From positions 352,001 to 416,000 of the forward strand of contig CAVTHK010000007.1 of the NCBI GenBank assembly GCA_963734495.1: DNA of 64,000 bases. Direction: 5' to 3'. The translations under genes and the position numbers were made by a program. The notes beneath the pieces are model-generated. The model was not told where the DNA came from, ran no database searches, and saw nothing but the letters and a program-made list of their open reading frames with translations. The DNA is from an uncultured Spirochaetota bacterium (GTDB lineage: Bacteria; Spirochaetota; Spirochaetia; SZUA-6; CAVTHK01). Position 1 is the first letter of the stretch. Every line of letters starts with the position of its first letter. Of this stretch, positions 53,651-63,937 are shown piece after piece.

Positions 53651-54295
53651 CTACTCTTCTGTGACTCTGCGCCGCGCCGCGACGAATCGGGCGAAGTCGT
53701 TGAGGTTGCGGATCACGATCTTGTCGGGGAACACCTCGAGGCGGCGCTGCGTCACGAAGTGATTGATGACGTTGCGGACCTTGTCCGGCGGCATGCCCGC
53801 CCAGTGCGCGACGTCGTCGACCGTGGACTGGATCTGCACGTTGCGGCCGTCGGCGGCATCCTCCCCCCGGGGCTGGGCCTCGGCGAGCATGAGGAACACG
53901 TCGGCCACCCGCGCCTCGGGGTCCGTGAGCGTGAGAATCATGAAGCGGCGCTTCTGATCGTAGATGCGCTTGGTGAAGAGCTTGAGCAGCTTCATCGCGA
54001 TCTGCGGATTGCCCTGCATGAGGATCTCGAAGTTCTCGCGGTTGAACTCGAGGGCCGTGACCTTGTCGAGCGCGATCGCGGTCGCCGAGCGGGGGGCCTC
54101 TTCCAGAATCGCCATCTCCCCGAACATCTCGCCGGGCTGGAGGATGTCGACGGTCTTCTGCAGGTCGCCCATGATCCTCACGATCTCGACCCTGCCGGAC
54201 TGGATGAGGTAGAAGGCGTCTCCGGGCTCGAACTCGCAGAAGATGATGTCGCCCTTCTGGAAGGTCTTGGCGAAGCGCTGGAACATCGAGCTCAC
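53651..54295 (-). CDS. Crp/Fnr-like protein: cNMP-binding domain plus divergent HTH
   Basis: FYLIQSG.V, PGEMFGEMA, PRSATA; C-terminal TVDDVAHWAG. Confidence 0.8.
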   Translation of the reverse strand: MSSMFQRFAKTFQKGDIIFCEFEPGDAFYLIQSGRVEIVRIMGDLQKTVDILQPGEMFGEMAILEEAPRSATAIALDKVTALEFNRENFEILMQGNPQIAMKLLKLFTKRIYDQKRRFMILTLTDPEARVADVFLMLAEAQPRGEDAADGRNVQIQSTVDDVAHWAGMPPDKVRNVINHFVTQRRLEVFPDKIVIRNLNDFARFVAARRRVTEE

Positions 54296-55329
54296 TGAGG
54301 AGCCCCTTCGAGGTCGCGCATCGCCTTGCGCACCTTGCGGTGCAGGGCGTCCGTCTCCTTGGTCATGGTGAGGAGCCTGCGGTACAGCCCCTCCGCCTTG
54401 GCCTTCTGCCCGAGCTGGGTCTGCGATTGCGCCACGTAGTAGATCGCCTCCGCGACGTCGGGGTGCTTGGGATAGGCCTGGACGAGCTCGGAGAAGGACT
54501 TGATCGAATCGCTGTAGCGCTTGAGGAAGAAGTGGCAGCGCCCGATCTCGAAGCGGCTCTTGGCGGCGTACTCCTGCTCGGCGCCGCCCGCGATGATCTC
54601 GCGGAACGCCTTGAGCGCCTCGTCGTACTTTTCCGCGGTGACGAGGCTCACGGCATCGTAGAAGCGCTGGCCTGTCCCGGAGAGCTCGCGGCTCTTCTCG
54701 GGCCGGGCCGCGGGGGCGGCGGCGCCCGCGGCGGCGGGAGCGGGAGCGGCGACGGCCGGCGCGGCGCCGGGGCCCCTGCCCTGCCCGTACTTCCCGAGCG
54801 CCTGCTCCGCGGACTCGAGGTGCCTGGTCGCCAGGTCCGCGTGCTTCCCCGACGGGTAGTACGTGAGGTAGCGGCCGAAAGCGTAGATCGCCTGCGCGTA
54901 CAGGCGGCTCTTGAGGTAGTACTCCGCTATGCTGAAGAGGCCCGCCTCCGGGTTGCTCTGCTCGTCGAGCGCCATCAGGCTCTGCACGCGCTTGTGGATG
55001 CGGCGGAGCTGGTTCGAGAACACCTGGAGCATCTTCATGACGACCCGGATGTTCTTGGACGCCATCGCCTCGAAGTCAGGGACCGACATCGAGATGCACT
55101 TGGCGTCGGTGAGCGCGATCGCGGTCTCGTCGCGGGGGTAGCGGCCGAGGGCCGACTTGACGCCGAAGAACTCGCCCGTCTTGACGAGCTCGTGGACGTC
55201 CTGCCCGGTCTCGACGTCCATGTACTTGATCGTCACCTTGCCCGCGTTCAGGATGAAGACCCGGTCGCTGATGTCGCCTTTGAAGTAGATGATGTTGTTC
55301 GGTCGGTAGCTAACGGCCTTCGGCGGCAC
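54292..55329 (-). CDS. cNMP-binding domain plus TPR protein
   Basis: GEFFGVKSALGRYPRDETA; TPRs (YLTYYPSG, YPKHPDVAEAIYY). Confidence 0.8.
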   Translation of the reverse strand: MPPKAVSYRPNNIIYFKGDISDRVFILNAGKVTIKYMDVETGQDVHELVKTGEFFGVKSALGRYPRDETAIALTDAKCISMSVPDFEAMASKNIRVVMKMLQVFSNQLRRIHKRVQSLMALDEQSNPEAGLFSIAEYYLKSRLYAQAIYAFGRYLTYYPSGKHADLATRHLESAEQALGKYGQGRGPGAAPAVAAPAPAAAGAAAPAARPEKSRELSGTGQRFYDAVSLVTAEKYDEALKAFREIIAGGAEQEYAAKSRFEIGRCHFFLKRYSDSIKSFSELVQAYPKHPDVAEAIYYVAQSQTQLGQKAKAEGLYRRLLTMTKETDALHRKVRKAMRDLEGAPQ

Positions 55330-55344
55330 TCTTTTCAGCTCCCG

Positions 55345-56310
55345 CTACAGACTTTCCGTCCTGGCCTCTGGCGCTGGCCCGCCGTACTCGGCGGCGTTGA
55401 GACTCATCGGCGGCTCACACGGATTGTAAGTTTTGGCGTTGCGTCTGTCAACTTGCCCGACACTTGCCCGACAGAACGGGGCCGGCACGCACGGCCTTGC
55501 CGCGAGGCTCAGCGCATCGCCAGCGGGCTCGGCCGACACGAGGCAGACGGCGCGCCCCCACGAGTCCACGGCGCGCCTGGGGTTGAGCTGGTCGGTCGTC
55601 CGCTCCCCGTCGACGAGGAAGACGTAGGAGTGCGGGCCCGGCGGCAGCCTCAGGTCGATCGTGTACTCGCCGGGGGTGTCTTCGGCGAGGACGTGCATGT
55701 AGGGGTCCCACCGGTTGAAGTCTGCGACCAGCGCCACCCGCCTGCCGGGGTCTCCGAGGTAGCGGAAGCGCACGAGCCCGTCCGGCATCCATTCCGGGCT
55801 TCCGGGGGGCTTGATGTCGCGTGGATTGACCTCGATCACGGACCAGTCCAGCCGCGTGGCCTGGTCGAAGGTCCGCGCCGGGTTGTCCGGGTCCGGCATC
55901 CACAGCCCGTCGATCGTGACGCGGTACAGGAGCCGGCCATCGGGCGGCAGGCTCACCGTCGAGAGGTCCAGAGCCAGGACGAATATGGTGAAGGTTCCCG
56001 CGCCGCCGGGCGTCGTCGAGCGCCGGGTGATGCGGCCGTACACGTGCAGCGTCGGATCGTCGCGAAAGCGCAGCGCCACGTAGCGGGTGGGCGCCGCGGT
56101 CCGGTGGGCCAGGATGACCGTGCTGCCGTAGAGCTCCGGCGCGATCCCGGTATCGAGCGTTGCGATACGGTGCGAGGGCGAGAGGTAGACGCCGCCGGGC
56201 GCGGCCGCCTGGGCCGCGAGGGAGAGACAGGCGGCCATGAACACGGCCGCTGCCGCGGCGCGGCGGGCCTGGCCACGCCCGGATGCCGGCTTGGAGACGC
56301 GCGCGCTCAT
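55345..56310 (-). CDS. Secreted protein with two CBM48/AMPK-beta-like glycogen-binding domains; true 3' end may be earlier
   Basis: Signal peptide; YRVTIDGLWMPDPDNP and ADFNRWDP...YVFLVDG...DQLNP. Confidence 0.7.
   Translation of the reverse strand: MSARVSKPASGRGQARRAAAAAVFMAACLSLAAQAAAPGGVYLSPSHRIATLDTGIAPELYGSTVILAHRTAAPTRYVALRFRDDPTLHVYGRITRRSTTPGGAGTFTIFVLALDLSTVSLPPDGRLLYRVTIDGLWMPDPDNPARTFDQATRLDWSVIEVNPRDIKPPGSPEWMPDGLVRFRYLGDPGRRVALVADFNRWDPYMHVLAEDTPGEYTIDLRLPPGPHSYVFLVDGERTTDQLNPRRAVDSWGRAVCLVSAEPAGDALSLAARPCVPAPFCRASVGQVDRRNAKTYNPCEPPMSLNAAEYGGPAPEARTESL
55423..55451 (-). promoter_or_regulatory. Near-consensus sigma-70 promoter of the cNMP pair
   Basis: TTGACA-17-TACAAT. Confidence 0.75.
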
Positions 56311-56320
56311 GCTATATTGG

Positions 56321-56370
56321 TTTTCGGCGCGGTTTCGCGGCCGCTTGAGCGTGCTTGAGCGTGCTTGAGC
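56321..56370. repeat. 10-bp tandem repeat (GCTTGAGCGT x2.8) in a divergent promoter, with a sigma-28-like element on the minus strand
   Basis: Repeat at 56343-56370; minus strand CAAG-N15-GCCGAAAA ends 10 nt before the ATG at 56310. Confidence 0.65.
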
Positions 56371-56432
56371 CGACGCGATTCGCGTGATAATCCCTTCCCG
56401 AGGGAAGGCCGAAATTCGCAATAGGAGGCTTC

Positions 56433-59400
56433 TTGCCTACTCTCGAGAGGATCCGCCAGTTCGAGAAAGCCCTCGTGTCGCTGGGCGCCGAGCGCGAGAT
56501 CCTTGCGGAGCGCGGCGAGGAGATCGAAGAGGTTTCGCCGCCGGGCGAGCCGATCTCCCCGGACCTCCAGGACCTGCTGGCGCCGCCCGAGCCGGCGGCC
56601 GGCGGGGAGCCTCCCGCCGCGACGGGCCCGCTCGAGGCGCCTGCGCCGCCTCCCGAGCCGGCCGAAGCGGAGCCCATCGGCGACGAGCTGCTCGACACGC
56701 TCGACCTCGACGCCCTCGGGCTCGGCGAGGAGACGCCGGCCGAAGGGGCCGAGGACGCCGGGCCCGGCGAGACTGTCGAGCCCGCCGACGGCTCGGAGGA
56801 GTTCACCCTGCCGGAGGGGCTCTTCGACACCGGAGACCAGGCCGGGGGCGAAGCCGAGCCCGCCGCGTCCTCCGAGGTGTTCGAGCTCCCCGAAGAGGCG
56901 CCCGGCGCTTTCGACGAAGGCCCGAAGGAGCAGGCCGGAGAGCAGCAGACCGCGGAGGTCCCCGAAGAGCCCCCCGCGCCTCCCGGCGAGGGCGCCGGGG
57001 AGACGCCCTTCGACCTGCCTGATCTGCCTGACCTGCCCGATCTCCCGCTCGAAGCCGCCGAGACCGAGCTGCCGGTCGGGTTGCCTGAGGAGCTCGCGCC
57101 GCCCGCCGCTCCCCAAAGCGCGGACCAGTTCGAGGTTCCGGAGATCGGCCAGAGCGAGCCGGCGGCCCTTCCCGAAGAGATCTCCTTTGACGAGAACGAG
57201 GCAGAGCCGAGCCTTGATGAGTTGACCGAAACTCCGGAGCCCGTCGAGCCCGCCGAACCCGCGGAGCCGGGGACGGGCCCCGCCCCGCTCGCCGAGTCGG
57301 AGGTGGGGCAGCCGGAGCGGGACCAGGACTTCGTCATCGACGAGTTCGCGCTGCCCGGCGCGGAAGAGACACCGGCGCAAGAGGAGCAGCCCTCTCCGCC
57401 GCCCGGAGCCGCGGGTGCTCCCCCCGTGGGACGCGGCCCGCGTGTCCGGGGCCGCAGAGCCGGGGAGCCCCGCTCAGAGTACAGCGACAGGGAGTTCGCC
57501 GCGATCCGCCGGGCGCTCGCCGACCTGCCGCTCAACCTCAGGGCGGCGGTCGAGGAGCAGATCGGCAATCGGACGATCACAGGCGAAGCCCTCCGCCGCA
57601 TCCTCGACCTCCTCATCGGCGGCGCCGCGGCTTCGGAGATTGCCCGCGCCCTCGCGCAGGCCACGGGCGTCCGCATATCGCTTCCGCGTTACCTGGAAAA
57701 GGGCACCGGCGTCGAGTTCGAGCGCGAACGGGCCAGCCTCGGATACCTGCTGCGCAAGGCCGTGGTTCCCGCGCTCCAGGTGCTGATCCCCGTCGCGGGG
57801 CTGATCGTCGGGCTGGCGTTCGCGGCGAACGAGGCCATCATCAAGCCGCTGCAGTCGCAGCGCGACTACCGCGGCGCCATCGCGCAGATCGAGGCCGGGC
57901 AGTTCGACGCGGCGGCGCGTACCTTCAACGTCGCCACACGGCGCCGCGCCATCCCCAGATGGTTCTACCGGACGGCCGACGCATACCGGAAGAAGGAGCA
58001 GTACGACCGGGCCGGCGACATCTACGAGCGCCTGATCGGCAGCCGCACCCTGCTCGGAGTCGATTCGAACCTCGCGACGGCCGCCGACAAGAGGCAGGAC
58101 GACAAGGACCGCCGGGGGGCGAGGCTGCATCCCTACGAGCGGGACGCCGTCCTCGCCTACGCGAACATGAGGACCTACGAGACCTTCGAGTACGACAAGG
58201 CTGAAGGGCTGCTCAACACGTATTTCGAAAAGACCGGCAACAGGGGCGACTACAAGGCGCTTCTCGCCCTCGGCGACAACTACATCGAGTGGGGCTCCGA
58301 GGTGCCCGGCAAGTACACGGATGCCGAGGTCACCTACCGCAAGGCCATGCGCGAGCAGAGGCCCGCGACCGACGAGCCGATCATGCGCATCCTGCGCTAC
58401 TACGCGCGCACCGGCAAGGTCGACGACGTCGAGAAGCTGGTGCTCGGGTTCGAGTCCAGGCCGCGCTCCAGGATCGACCCGCAGATCTACTCCGAAGCCG
58501 CCGGAGCGCTCATCGACGCCGGCCGCTACGCCATCGCCCGCAGGGCCCTCGGCCGCGCTCACGACACGGACCCCCGCGTGCCGGAAACCATGTTCCAGTT
58601 CGCGCGGCTGTTCCGCTGGCTCGACAACCCGACCGACGAGGAGCGGGCGCTCAGGAACGCGCTGGAGGCCTTCAAGGGCCGGTCGGCCCTGTCGCGGCGG
58701 CAGAGGGAGCAGGCGATCCTCTCGCGCGCGTCGCTGGGAGAGCTCTACTATCGCGGGAACGAGCCCGTCAAAGCCCAGGCCGAGTACACGGAAGCCATCA
58801 AGACGCTCGAGGACGATCTCGCGGCCCGGAGGCTCAAACCGGATCCGAAGCTCGGCCGCGTGTATGCCGACAGCGCCGACGTCCACTACTACTTCGACAG
58901 GGATCTCCAGAGCGCCCTCGCGCTGTACCAGAAGGCCCGCGACCAGGGGATGAAGGACGACGACCTGTCCTACAAGATCGGCTACATCCATTACGATCGC
59001 GCGGTGTCGCTAGCCGCAGCAGGGGCGCGCCGCCGCCGCCGAAGGCGACACCTCGGCCGCCGCGCTCGAGTTCCACCAGGTCGTGGAGGCCGAACGCGAC
59101 AACCCGAGCGCCCTCTTCGCGATGGCCAACACGCTGTACCTGCGCGGCGACTACCTCGCGGCGCAGGGCTACTACAACATCCTGCTCCGCCAGCTCGAGG
59201 CCCAGCGCCAGCGCACTCCGCTGCTGCAGCCCCAGGACAACGCGCAGCACCACGACCTGGTCGATCTCTCGATGCGCGCGTTCAACAACCTTGGCGTGAC
59301 CGAGAAGAGGATAGCCGAGGACTCCCGCGCGCCCGGCAGGGAAGCGCGGGCCAACTACTACCTGCAGCGATCGATCGAGTTCTACGACCTGCTCACCCGT

Positions 59401-59538
59401 ACGCCCGTCACGCTGGTCAGGTCCGAAGCGCGGAACCTCGGCTTCATCAACTCCCGCGCCCTGATGTATCCCCAGTCGGGCGTGGAGCTGCAGATCTACC
59501 GCGAGATACCGCTGGACCTCGAGAGCGCGCGGTTCTGA
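56433..59538 (+). CDS. flcA: Periplasmic flagellar collar protein FlcA-like; frameshift ~59030
   Basis: Long acidic low-complexity N-region, LPLNLR motif, single TM, extensive TPRs, C-terminal RNL.F.N / IY.EIP; AGGAGG RBS. Confidence 0.7.
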
Positions 59539-59545
59539 GCGGGGG

Positions 59546-60661
59546 TCACCTGCGGGCGGCGGCCGGCATCGGGACCGGGGTCATCCAGCCGAACTTGTCC
59601 TCGACGGCGCCGTACTGGATGCCCTTGAGGGTGATCAGCAGCGCGCGGGTCGTGTCGCCCATCCTGCCCTTGTTGTAGACCGCCGTGCGGCCCTTGTGGG
59701 TGACCGACTCGATAAAGGCGATCCCCGCGGCCGTGCCGGTCACAAAGCACTCTTTCGCGTCCGTAAACGCCTCGTCGACCGAGATCTTGCGCTCCGCGGT
59801 GGGGATGCCCATGCTGGCCGCAAGCTCGAGGATCGACTTGCGCGTGACTCCCGGCAGGATCGTGTCGCCGAGCTCCGGCGTCGCGAGCGTCCCATCCTTC
59901 ATGAGGAAGAACAGGTTGCAGGAGGAGCCTTCTTCAAAGTACTTCTGCTCCCTGGCGTCGAGAAAGAGGGCCTCCATGTAGCCCTGCTCCATCACGGCGT
60001 ACTTTACCAGCGTCGGGGTGACGTAGTTCGCGTCGCACTTGATCCAGCCGGTGCCGCCGGGAAAGGCGCGTATCTTGTCGGTGGTGACGGCCCTCGAGCG
60101 CCCGGGCTCGAAGTAGGCCCCGACGTTGGACGTGACGATGATCACCCAGGGCGCGTGCGAAAGGTTCAGCCCGATCCCCGGCTCGGAGTAGGAGAACGGG
60201 CGCATGTACACCGCCTCGCCGGAAAGGAAATCGTCCTTCTCCCAGGCGGGGTTGTAGCGCGCCAGAAAGCCAAGCTCCGCGTTGCGGGCGATGACGCCGA
60301 CGCATGCGTCGACGAACGCCTTTTCGGGAAAGGCCGGCATCCGGAGCCCCCGCATCGAGTTCGCCATGCGCTCGCCGTTGCGGTCCGGTCTGAAGATCTT
60401 GTATCCGCCGTCCTTCTGCGGCATCGCCTTGATCCCTTCGAAGACACCGAACCCGTACTGCGTCGTGTAGTTGACGAGGGGGAGCCCCTCGATGGCGTTG
60501 CGGCGCACGAGCAGCTCCGCGCGCTCGTCGTCGGAAAGGCGCGCCTCCTCCGCGGGGGTCTTGTGCGGCTGCTCGATGTAGCGCTCTTCCCAGCGGCCCT
60601 CCTCGACGTAGCGGGCCAGGTAGATCCAGGGATTGACTTGAAGGCTGAAGCCCTTTGCCAT
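59546..60661 (-). CDS. ilvE: Branched-chain amino acid aminotransferase (PLP fold IV)
   Basis: YGFGVFEGIKA, IFRPDRN, YMRP, EGSSCNLF, ILPGVTR, GTAA; promoter TTGACT-18-TACAAT. Confidence 0.88.
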   Translation of the reverse strand: MAKGFSLQVNPWIYLARYVEEGRWEERYIEQPHKTPAEEARLSDDERAELLVRRNAIEGLPLVNYTTQYGFGVFEGIKAMPQKDGGYKIFRPDRNGERMANSMRGLRMPAFPEKAFVDACVGVIARNAELGFLARYNPAWEKDDFLSGEAVYMRPFSYSEPGIGLNLSHAPWVIIVTSNVGAYFEPGRSRAVTTDKIRAFPGGTGWIKCDANYVTPTLVKYAVMEQGYMEALFLDAREQKYFEEGSSCNLFFLMKDGTLATPELGDTILPGVTRKSILELAASMGIPTAERKISVDEAFTDAKECFVTGTAAGIAFIESVTHKGRTAVYNKGRMGDTTRALLITLKGIQYGAVEDKFGWMTPVPMPAAARR

Positions 60662-60815
60662 CGGCGACTCCTCGCGCGACAGGATAGCGGTGCGGAATTG
60701 TAGACTCGCGCACCCGCTGGAGTCAACCCGCCGAGGACGGCGGGCCGCTGTACGAGCGCCCCTCGTTGACGCCCGCGGGGCCTCGAGGCGATATTCTATC
60801 CGAGGCCTTTGCCTG

Positions 60816-61982
60816 GTGACCCTCAAGTGGATGTCGTCCATCTCGGAGATCGACCGCGGCGCATGGAACGCGCTCGCTGAGCCGCTCGAGACCCCGCTGC
60901 TCGAGTGGGACTGGCTGCGCCAGATGGAGGTCTCGGGCAGCATCGCACCGGAGAGCGGCTGGGTGCCCCTTCACCTGACTCTCTGGCGCGACGGCCTGCT
61001 CGCGGCCGCCGCCCCGATGTACGTCAAGGGACACAGCTCCGGGGAGTTCGTCTGGGACCATGTCTGGGCCGACGTCGCGAGTCAACTCGGAGTCCGCTAC
61101 TACCCCAAGCTGATCGGGATGAGCCCCGCCACGCCCGCGGTCGGCTACCGTTTCCTCGTGGCGCCGGGCGAGGACGAAGCTCAGGTCACGGCCGCCATGC
61201 TCGAGCAGATCGAGCAGCTGTGCGGCAAGAACAACGTGTCGAGCTGCGGCTTCAACTTCGTCGACCCGGCCTGGAAGGACCTCCTGGAAAAGCTCGGCTA
61301 CACGGCGTGGGCTCACCAGAGCTACGCATGGGTCAACGAGGGCTTCGTCACGTTCGAAGACTACCTGGCGCGCTTCGACAAGAACCAGCGGCGCAACATC
61401 AGGCGCGAGCGCGCGAGCGTCGAGGAGGCGGGAGTGACGCTGCGCGCCCTGACGGGGGACGAGATCCCGAGCTCGTACTACCCCCTCATGTACCGCTTCT
61501 ACAGCAACACGAACGCGCAGTTCGGGCCCTGGGCTGCCAAGTTCCTCACGCGCAAGTTCTTCCTGGGCCTGGCCGAGGGCTTCCGCCACCGCCTCCTGTT
61601 CGTCGCCGCCTACGAACGCAAGGGCTCGGAGCCGATCGCGATGTCCTTTTTGATCACCAAGGGCGGGCAGCTCATCGGCCGCTACTGGGGCGCCTCGAAA
61701 TTCGTGAGCAACCTCCATTTCGACACCTGTTACTACACGCCGATCCAGTGGGCGATCGAGCAGGGAAAAAGCTTCTTCGATCCCGGCGCAGGCTCGCCGC
61801 ACAAGATCCGCAGGGGGTTCCAGGCGGTTGCGAACCACAGCCTCCACCGCTTCTTCGACGACGACATGCGGCGCGTGATGGAAAAGCACATCGGCCGCAT
61901 CAACCGCATGGAGCAGGAGGAGATCGACGGGATGAACTCGGCGCTCCCGTTCGCGCACAAGCCTCCCCAAGCCGGTGGCTGA
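60816..61982 (+). CDS. FemAB-like GNAT protein (DUF482 type)
   Basis: Y.KGHS.GEFVWDH.W, YYPKL, RRNIRRER, GRYWG, LHFDTCYY, GA..HK..RGF. Confidence 0.85.
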   Translation: MTLKWMSSISEIDRGAWNALAEPLETPLLEWDWLRQMEVSGSIAPESGWVPLHLTLWRDGLLAAAAPMYVKGHSSGEFVWDHVWADVASQLGVRYYPKLIGMSPATPAVGYRFLVAPGEDEAQVTAAMLEQIEQLCGKNNVSSCGFNFVDPAWKDLLEKLGYTAWAHQSYAWVNEGFVTFEDYLARFDKNQRRNIRRERASVEEAGVTLRALTGDEIPSSYYPLMYRFYSNTNAQFGPWAAKFLTRKFFLGLAEGFRHRLLFVAAYERKGSEPIAMSFLITKGGQLIGRYWGASKFVSNLHFDTCYYTPIQWAIEQGKSFFDPGAGSPHKIRRGFQAVANHSLHRFFDDDMRRVMEKHIGRINRMEQEEIDGMNSALPFAHKPPQAGG

Positions 61983-62616
61983 CGTCGGGGGGTCCCCCCG
62001 GGGCGCCACGGTCAACGAAGACCTCCTCATCGAGTACGAGCGCGCCCGGGTCCCCGCCTGGCGGATCTACGAGCCGCGCGAGACCTGCGTCGTGCTCGGC
62101 GCCGGCAGGCACGGGAAGGGCGACGTGCTCGAGGAGAACGCGGCGGCCGACGGCGTTCCCGTGCTCTCGCGCAAGGGCGGCGGCGGCACGGTCGTCCTTT
62201 CGCCGGGGATGGTCGTCCTCGCGCTGGCCACCGAGGTCGCCTCGCCATTCCGCAACCGCGAGTACGCGAGCCGGATCAACGGCTGGATCCGCGAGGCGCT
62301 CGCGGGGGCCGGGGTCGACGGAGTCGAGGAGAGAGGCATCTCCGATCTCGCCCTCGGCGACGTCAAGATCGCGGGCACGTCGATCTTTCGCCGCCGGCTC
62401 ATCCTCTTCTACCAGGCGAGCCTCCTCGTGGCCAACGACATCGGCCTCTTCGACCGCTACCTCGCCTACCCTTCGTCCGTCCCCGACTACCGCGCCGGCC
62501 GCGGCCACGACGCGTTCTGCACGACGCTGCGGCGCGCCGGCTTCCCCCTGCGGGTCGGGGACGTGATCGCGGCGCTCGAGCCCGTCGTGGCCTGCGGCCT
62601 GCCCGCGCTGCGGTAG
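61975..62616 (+). CDS. Lipoate-protein-ligase-like catalytic domain protein
   Basis: VVLG, RKGGGGTV, GISDL, KIAG, PDYR.GR.H..F. Confidence 0.78.
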   Translation: MADVGGSPRGATVNEDLLIEYERARVPAWRIYEPRETCVVLGAGRHGKGDVLEENAAADGVPVLSRKGGGGTVVLSPGMVVLALATEVASPFRNREYASRINGWIREALAGAGVDGVEERGISDLALGDVKIAGTSIFRRRLILFYQASLLVANDIGLFDRYLAYPSSVPDYRAGRGHDAFCTTLRRAGFPLRVGDVIAALEPVVACGLPALR

Positions 62617-62665
62617 TCGCGCGCCTGTTCTTGACAGCGTCCGGGGCGGCCGGTAACTTCAGCGA

Positions 62666-63937
62666 GTGAAGACCACAGCCCTCCGGCTCTACGGCAAGAA
62701 CGACCTTCGCCTGGAAACCTTCGACCTGCCTCCGATCGGCGAGCGCGAGATCCTCGCCGACATCGTCTCGGACAGCGTCTGCATGTCGACGTACAAGGCG
62801 ACGATCCAGGGCATGGAGCACAAGCGCGTGCCGAAGGATATCGCCGACAAGCCCGTGATCGTGGGCCACGAGTTCTGCGGCCGCATCATCGAGACGGGAC
62901 GCGACGTGGACAGCGTCTTCCGCCCGGGGATGAAATACGCCATCCAGCCGGCGCTCAACGCGCCGGGTCGCGAGCTCGAAGCGCCCGGCTACAGCTACCG
63001 TTACATCGGCGGGGACGCGACGCGCATCGTCATCCCCGCGGAGGTGATGGAGCTCGGCTGCCTGCTGCCGTACGACGGCGAAGGCTACTTCAAGGCCTCG
63101 CTCGCGGAACCGGTCTCCTGCGTGATCGGAGCGTTCAAGACCTCCTATCACTTCAAGCAGGGCGAGTACGTGCACCGGATGGGCATCGTCGAGGGAGGCG
63201 CCTGCGCCCTCCTCGCCGCCGCCGGCCCCATGGGCATGCTGGCCATCGACTACGCCGTGCACGGCCCGCGCAGGCCCCGGCTGCTCGTGGTCACCGACAT
63301 CGACCAGGGGCGCCTCGACCGCGCAGCCCGCTACTTCACCGTGGCCGACGCTCGCCGCCACGGGGTCGACCTGCACTACGTCAACACCAAGGGGCCCGAT
63401 GCCCCGGCGGCCCTGATGGCGCTGGTCGGAGGCAAGGGCTATGACGATGTGTTCGTCTTCGCCCCCGTGACGCCGGTGGTCGAGCAGGGCGCAAAGCTGC
63501 TGGCCTTCAACGGATGTCTCAACTTTTTCGCGGGCCCGTCCGACAGGAGCTTCGGCGCCGCCATCAACTTTTACGATATCCACTACTCGGGCCACCACTA
63601 CGCCGGCTCGTCCGGGGGCAACACGGAGGACATGAAGGACGCGCTGCGGCTGATGTCCCAGGGCGCGCTGAACCCGTCCGTGCTCATCACCCACGTCGGA
63701 GGGCTCGATGCCGCGGCCGGGACCATCAAGGAGCTGCCGCACATCCCGGGCGGGAAGAAGCTGATCTACACGCAGATCGCCATGCCCCTCGTGGCCCTCG
63801 ACGACTTCGAGAACCTGGGCAAGCGCGATCCCGTGTTCCGCGAGCTCGCCCGGATCACGGCCGCCGGCGACGGCCTCTGGTCCGTGCAGGCCGAAGAATA
63901 CCTGCTCGCCCACGCGAAGCCGATCAGCGTCGGGTGA
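62666..63937 (+). CDS. L-sorbose-1-phosphate-reductase-like zinc-binding dehydrogenase
   Basis: RLYGKNDLRLE, SDSVCMS, GHEFCG, LAEPVSC, GSSGG, THVGGL, GGKKLIY; GTG 6 nt after TTGACA-17-TAACTT. Confidence 0.85.
   Translation: MKTTALRLYGKNDLRLETFDLPPIGEREILADIVSDSVCMSTYKATIQGMEHKRVPKDIADKPVIVGHEFCGRIIETGRDVDSVFRPGMKYAIQPALNAPGRELEAPGYSYRYIGGDATRIVIPAEVMELGCLLPYDGEGYFKASLAEPVSCVIGAFKTSYHFKQGEYVHRMGIVEGGACALLAAAGPMGMLAIDYAVHGPRRPRLLVVTDIDQGRLDRAARYFTVADARRHGVDLHYVNTKGPDAPAALMALVGGKGYDDVFVFAPVTPVVEQGAKLLAFNGCLNFFAGPSDRSFGAAINFYDIHYSGHHYAGSSGGNTEDMKDALRLMSQGALNPSVLITHVGGLDAAAGTIKELPHIPGGKKLIYTQIAMPLVALDDFENLGKRDPVFRELARITAAGDGLWSVQAEEYLLAHAKPISVG

Noticed and set aside
55345..55420. Hammerhead-like pattern (CCGATGAGTC...GACGGAAA) in the leader of the cNMP-TPR gene
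   Set aside because: Core deviates from CUGANGA/GAAA and stems I and III cannot be formed convincingly
56560..57430. Repetitive Glu/Pro-rich tract (e.g. DLPDLPDLPDLP)
   Set aside because: Low-complexity coding region of the FlcA-like protein, not a separate repeat element
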